A stretch of 9,891 nt of DNA from a virus (taxonomy: Duplodnaviria > Heunggongvirae > Uroviricota > Caudoviricetes): positions 1-9,891 of IMG/VR virus record IMGVR_UViG_2627853730_000001, one strand, 5' to 3'. The notes beneath the pieces were generated by a model. It did no database searches. It was given only the letters and a program-made list of their open reading frames with translations, and was not told the DNA's origin. Positions 7,264-9,891 of this stretch are shown here, one piece after another. The translations under genes were made by a program, and so were the position numbers. How positions within the stretch are numbered: position 1 is the first letter of the stretch; each line of letters opens with the position of its first letter.

Positions 7264-7797
7264 ATGATTGATGCAAAAGTGCTTGAAGGGGTTAAAAGCT
7301 GGCTGCGTTTTTCTGGCCGTCTGACCAGTCGTTCTCTGGCAGAAAAAATGAATATGCCGCTATCCTCCATGGTTTATTTTCTGCGTGATGCGGTCGATGC
7401 CGGGGTGCTGACGGACCGTAACGGTTTTTATGATATTCCGCGTCCCCGCCCGGTGCAGGCGGTTCGTCGCAAATGCAGCCAGGAAGGTGCGGCTGATGAT
7501 GTTCAGTGGTGCAGCTTCAGAAAATCCCTGCCGTGGATTGAGGGGCATGATATTCCGTCGATGGCGTGGGAATTTGCTCAGGGAGTACTGACCTGCGAAA
7601 CCGTTTATGTGGTGGCTGAAGTTGATGAGCAGGCCATGAAAGAAGGCGTGCCCCAGTTTGTGATGGCGTATATCGACATTCGCCTGGGCGTCATTATCTG
7701 CGGCTTAAGCGGCTGGAACATCACCGGGCGCGTTCTGCGTTACCTGATTATTGACCGGACAGCGGCATCGGCAGGGATATCTGCGGAGGTGGCGTAA
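7264..7797 (+). CDS. Hypothetical protein, 177 aa, with a possible N-terminal winged-helix/HTH-like segment.
   Basis: GGAGGA Shine-Dalgarno at 7251-7256, 7 nt before ATG 7264. N-terminal RLTSRSLAEKMNMPLSSMVYFLRDAVDAGVL looks like a DNA-binding helix-turn-helix/wing, but this is a by-eye judgement. The stop overlaps the next start (TAATG at 7795-7799). Confidence 0.6.
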   Translation: MIDAKVLEGVKSWLRFSGRLTSRSLAEKMNMPLSSMVYFLRDAVDAGVLTDRNGFYDIPRPRPVQAVRRKCSQEGAADDVQWCSFRKSLPWIEGHDIPSMAWEFAQGVLTCETVYVVAEVDEQAMKEGVPQFVMAYIDIRLGVIICGLSGWNITGRVLRYLIIDRTAASAGISAEVA

Positions 7798-8312
7798 TGT
7801 TCTTTAAAACATCAAACCCTTCCGCGCTGGCTGCGTGGCAAAAATACCAGCAGGACTGCCAGAAAGTTAAGGATGAGGCAAAACGCCTTGAGGCCGTGCT
7901 GAATGTTGCGTGCCGGTCGGTATTTGTATCCGGTATCAGTGGATTTTGCTTTAAGGGACTGCGTTTTACGGAGGACAAATATCCTTTTCATCGCGACTTA
8001 TGGCGAAAACCGACTGCGTCGAATGGCTGGAGCTGCACACCGCGCACATCACGTATCCCTAAAACCCTGCGTGTTGCCTCTGATGAACTGAACAGTCTGT
8101 GGCGTGAATATTCGCCCGTCACGTATGCCAGAACCGATGCGCTGTTGTTCTGGCTGGGTATTGATTTCTCGGCAATCCTGTTTGGCCCTGTGAAGTGGTT
8201 CTGCGTTGACGATGTGATTTACCTTCAGTGCGGCGTAAAACCCGCAAAACAGAAAATGACCGAAATACTGTCTGATGAGTTTTATGCTGCTGAAAAGCGA
8301 GTCAGGGGGTGA
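7797..8312 (+). CDS. Hypothetical protein, 171 aa, no family recognised.
   Basis: Translationally coupled to the upstream gene (TAATG overlap) with GGAGGTGG upstream. Long open frame in the operon direction. Confidence 0.6.
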   Translation: MFFKTSNPSALAAWQKYQQDCQKVKDEAKRLEAVLNVACRSVFVSGISGFCFKGLRFTEDKYPFHRDLWRKPTASNGWSCTPRTSRIPKTLRVASDELNSLWREYSPVTYARTDALLFWLGIDFSAILFGPVKWFCVDDVIYLQCGVKPAKQKMTEILSDEFYAAEKRVRG

Positions 8313-8315
8313 TGC

Positions 8316-8867
8316 ATGATGAAATTACAACCCATGGGACTAAAAGGTCGCGCCCCCGCTCATGTCCGTCCGTGGACACCTGAAGAAGATGCGCTGCTGA
8401 TTGCGCTTTATTCATCCACCCCGGTTAAGGATATTGCTGCCAGAATAAAAAGAACTGTCTGGGCTGTATATAACCGGACTGGTGTATTGCGCAGTTCATA
8501 CCCGGAGTTACTGAAATATAAACACCCAAGATTTACACCTGATGAAGATAAGTTTATTCGAAAAAATGCCAGAACAATGACCTGCCAGCAAATGGGAGAA
8601 TATCTCGGACGTAATAAAGATTCTGTCAGATGTCGGGCAGGAATGATTGGTGCTGGATTAACAAAGTGCGGAGAGTTACGCCCCGGCACGCGCATATCTG
8701 ATGATGATGTACGTCTTATACGTGCGCTGCGTGATTCCGATTACCCACGCCGTCTGTCATTCCGGGAAATTGGCGAAAAGTTTGGAATATCTGAACATTC
8801 TGCTCACGCAGTTTATTACCGTCGCCGGACTGCCGAGGACGCTGTATTACGGGAGTTAACGCCATGA
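8316..8867 (+). CDS. Putative DNA-binding protein with three internal Myb/SANT-like or HTH-like repeats, 183 aa.
   Basis: Three ~45-aa segments begin WTPEEDALLIALY..., FTPDEDKFIRKNA..., ISDDDVRLIRALR...; the third ends in an HTH-like RRLSFREIGEKFGISEHSAHAVYYRR. AGGGGGTG Shine-Dalgarno precedes ATG 8316. ATGA overlap with the next gene at 8864-8867. Confidence 0.6.
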   Translation: MMKLQPMGLKGRAPAHVRPWTPEEDALLIALYSSTPVKDIAARIKRTVWAVYNRTGVLRSSYPELLKYKHPRFTPDEDKFIRKNARTMTCQQMGEYLGRNKDSVRCRAGMIGAGLTKCGELRPGTRISDDDVRLIRALRDSDYPRRLSFREIGEKFGISEHSAHAVYYRRRTAEDAVLRELTP

Positions 8868-9196
8868 TAACGACCTTATTTGTTGAATCAGATGAACCTC
8901 TTGTGTGTGCCGCCGGAATGCCGCTCTGTGGCGGAACGCTGACCGGCGTTTATTTCGGGGATTTGCGCGGTTATCCCTGGCATTCACTGGATGACGCATT
9001 TCCGCCTGATATGGAGGCTGTCGTGCTGATTGTTCAGTATGGTGACCAACAGGAACTGCGCATCGGCCATATGGGGTATGAAGGCTTTTTTATTGATGAA
9101 GAAACCGGAGCCTGCCTTGAAGATGAGGACGGACAGGTGACGCACTGGTGCCATCTTTCGGCCTTGCCGGAATTACAGGGGATACATAATGGATGA
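8864..9196 (+). CDS. DUF551-like phage protein, 110 aa.
   Basis: The C-terminal two thirds (PWHSLDDAFPPDMEAVVLIVQYG...GYEGFFIDEETG...VTHWCHLSALPE) fit the DUF551 pattern as I recall it (W-S-D-LP ... VL ... THW-LP-PE). GGGAG Shine-Dalgarno and ATGA coupling at the start. Confidence 0.55.
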   Translation: MITTLFVESDEPLVCAAGMPLCGGTLTGVYFGDLRGYPWHSLDDAFPPDMEAVVLIVQYGDQQELRIGHMGYEGFFIDEETGACLEDEDGQVTHWCHLSALPELQGIHNG

Positions 9197-9332
9197 GCAA
9201 ATTGTTGAATGTCCCACCTGTGGAAATGAGGACCCGGAGTATCTGAAAGAGTGCCCACATTGTGGTGAGATAAAATGTAACCACTGCGATATGGGCGACG
9301 ACACTGCATGTATAAATTGTGAGGATGAATAA
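9189..9332 (+). CDS. Small zinc-ribbon protein, 47 aa, with four CxxC motifs; not in the six-frame track because it is under 60 aa.
   Basis: ATG 9189 overlaps the upstream stop (ATGGATGA) with AGGGG 8 nt upstream. Translation MDEQIVECPTCGNEDPEYLKECPHCGEIKCNHCDMGDDTACINCEDE contains CPTC, CPHC, CNHC, CINC. It fills the gap between flanking genes, and its stop (9330-9332) is followed 1 nt later by the next start. Confidence 0.55.
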   Translation: MDEQIVECPTCGNEDPEYLKECPHCGEIKCNHCDMGDDTACINCEDE

Positions 9333-9333
9333 T

Positions 9334-9621
9334 ATGGAAAAAGAAATCAAATTTGCGCCTAAATCTATCGACGAAGAACTGGCTAAAATCGGCATGCTTG
9401 AACGTATGCGGGACATTATCGAATATGCGATAAAAGAAAATCTTGCAGCCAGAGAAGCCCTTTTGATAATGGAGCGGGAGATTAACCTGATTAAGGATGC
9501 TGTATCTCTGGATAATAAAATAGCCCGCGAGGAATACGTTCGCCGCAGGCTCGGTGTTGATGGTTCAGCAATTCTTACATCTGAACATTATGCAAAAATT
9601 TTTAATCTTTTTCAGCGGTAA
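9334..9621 (+). CDS. Hypothetical charged, probably helical protein, 95 aa, in an AT-rich segment.
   Basis: ATG 9334 is preceded by GAGGA (9321-9325) at 8-nt spacing; the track's longer ORF starts at GTG 9319. Sequence is rich in E/K/R/I/L. Nucleotide composition is visibly more AT-rich than the upstream operon. Confidence 0.5.
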   Translation: MEKEIKFAPKSIDEELAKIGMLERMRDIIEYAIKENLAAREALLIMEREINLIKDAVSLDNKIAREEYVRRRLGVDGSAILTSEHYAKIFNLFQR

Positions 9622-9841
9622 TCCCCATACAGGCCCGGAGATTGTCGAAATGCCAGTCGGTATTAATATATGAGCCATCCTGGATATCTTCTGTATTTTC
9701 CGGGGTAGAGTTTTTTTGAGCGAGATTGATAATATGTATTGCCTCCTCACGGGAAATCAGCCCCTTATCGAACAGGGTTACCATAAGATTTCCAGCCATT
9801 GTGAATGCGGCAACATCAAGTGCATTTTTTATATCTGACAT
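9602..9841 (-). CDS. Hypothetical protein, 79 aa, on the minus strand, convergent with and overlapping the 3' end of the 9334-9621 gene by 20 nt.
   Basis: Minus-strand ATG (complement of 9839-9841) is preceded by AAAGGAAAAA as a ribosome-binding site. It is the only substantial minus-strand ORF in the rightward early region that is not a shadow of a stronger plus-strand gene. AT-rich composition. Confidence 0.45.
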   Translation of the reverse strand: MSDIKNALDVAAFTMAGNLMVTLFDKGLISREEAIHIINLAQKNSTPENTEDIQDGSYINTDWHFDNLRACMGITAEKD

Positions 9842-9854
9842 AGATTTTTCCTTT

Positions 9855-9889
9855 TATGTTAATTGACATGGCGGTGCGGTAACACCGCC
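9855..9889. promoter_or_regulatory. Palindromic elements upstream of the minus-strand gene: near-palindrome ATGTTAATTGACAT and hairpin GGCGGTG-CGGTAA-CACCGCC; candidate operator or promoter region.
   Basis: Perfect 7-bp inverted repeat with a 6-nt loop at 9870-9889 and a near-palindrome at 9855-9868. They lie immediately 5' of the minus-strand start. There is no U-tract on either strand, so not a typical intrinsic terminator. The window ends at 9891, so context is incomplete. Confidence 0.3.
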
Positions 9890-9891
9890 CA

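Larger units (their letters stand above)
231..9891 (+). mobile_element. Left arm of a Mu-like transposable prophage; continues beyond the window. The exact left terminus is uncertain, within about 229-241.
   Basis: Gene order and orientation match the Mu left arm: leftward repressor, operator, ner, A, B, small early genes, gam. Sub-terminal direct repeats lie at 246-406 and a truncated host gene abuts the end. Candidate 5'-TG terminal dinucleotides occur at 231-232 and 241-242. Confidence 0.8.

Noticed and set aside
6888-8695. Short ORFs overlapping the unrecognised genes (6888-7112, 7036-7230, 7176-7370, 7360-7548, 7748-7978, 7903-8091, 8408-8695).
   Set aside because: Each is shorter than, and nested within, a longer co-directional operon gene with a better start; treated as shadows, though without homology evidence this is a judgement call.
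9034-9750. Minus-strand ORFs 9034-9309, 9090-9416 and 9565-9750.
   Set aside because: The translations are low-complexity (serine- or isoleucine-rich) and antisense to plus-strand genes that have ribosome-binding sites and translational coupling; 9565-9750 is an alternative frame within the better-supported 9602-9841 region.
1-9891. Scan for CRISPR arrays, tRNA or rRNA genes and long tandem repeats.
   Set aside because: No regularly spaced direct repeats of 25-40 bp, no cloverleaf-like GC-rich ~75-nt segments and no rRNA-like sequence were seen; the window is almost entirely protein-coding.

Overview
This window is the junction between a chromosomal gene and the left arm of a Mu-like transposable prophage. 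Positions 2-235 are the remnant of a host gene that I recognise from memory as PxpC/YbgK-family (5-oxoprolinase subunit C / allophanate hydrolase subunit 2); its reading frame runs into the phage end and stops there. From about 231 onward the layout is the canonical Mu left arm: sub-terminal repeats (attL-like), a leftward repressor gene with an XRE/cI-type HTH (587-1198), a repeat-rich operator with a near-consensus sigma70 early promoter, then rightward ner (1355-1621), DDE transposase A (1632-3722) and AAA+ target-DNA activator B (3805-4737). Downstream is a semi-essential early region of tightly coupled genes: five small ORFs (4740-6078), a Mu Gam-like protein (6090-6620), three unrecognised ~175-aa proteins (6718-8312), a protein with three internal HTH/Myb-like repeats (8316-8867), a DUF551-like protein and a 47-aa four-CxxC zinc-ribbon protein. 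The last ~560 bp is visibly more AT-rich and holds a convergent, 3'-overlapping gene pair, one on the minus strand, followed by palindromes. I saw no rRNA, tRNA or CRISPR array. The best candidates for an undescribed system are the unrecognised genes after gam and the terminal AT-rich module; their functions (host takeover, anti-defence or prophage-encoded defence) are inference only. All family assignments rest on motifs read by eye and recalled sequences, not on searches.
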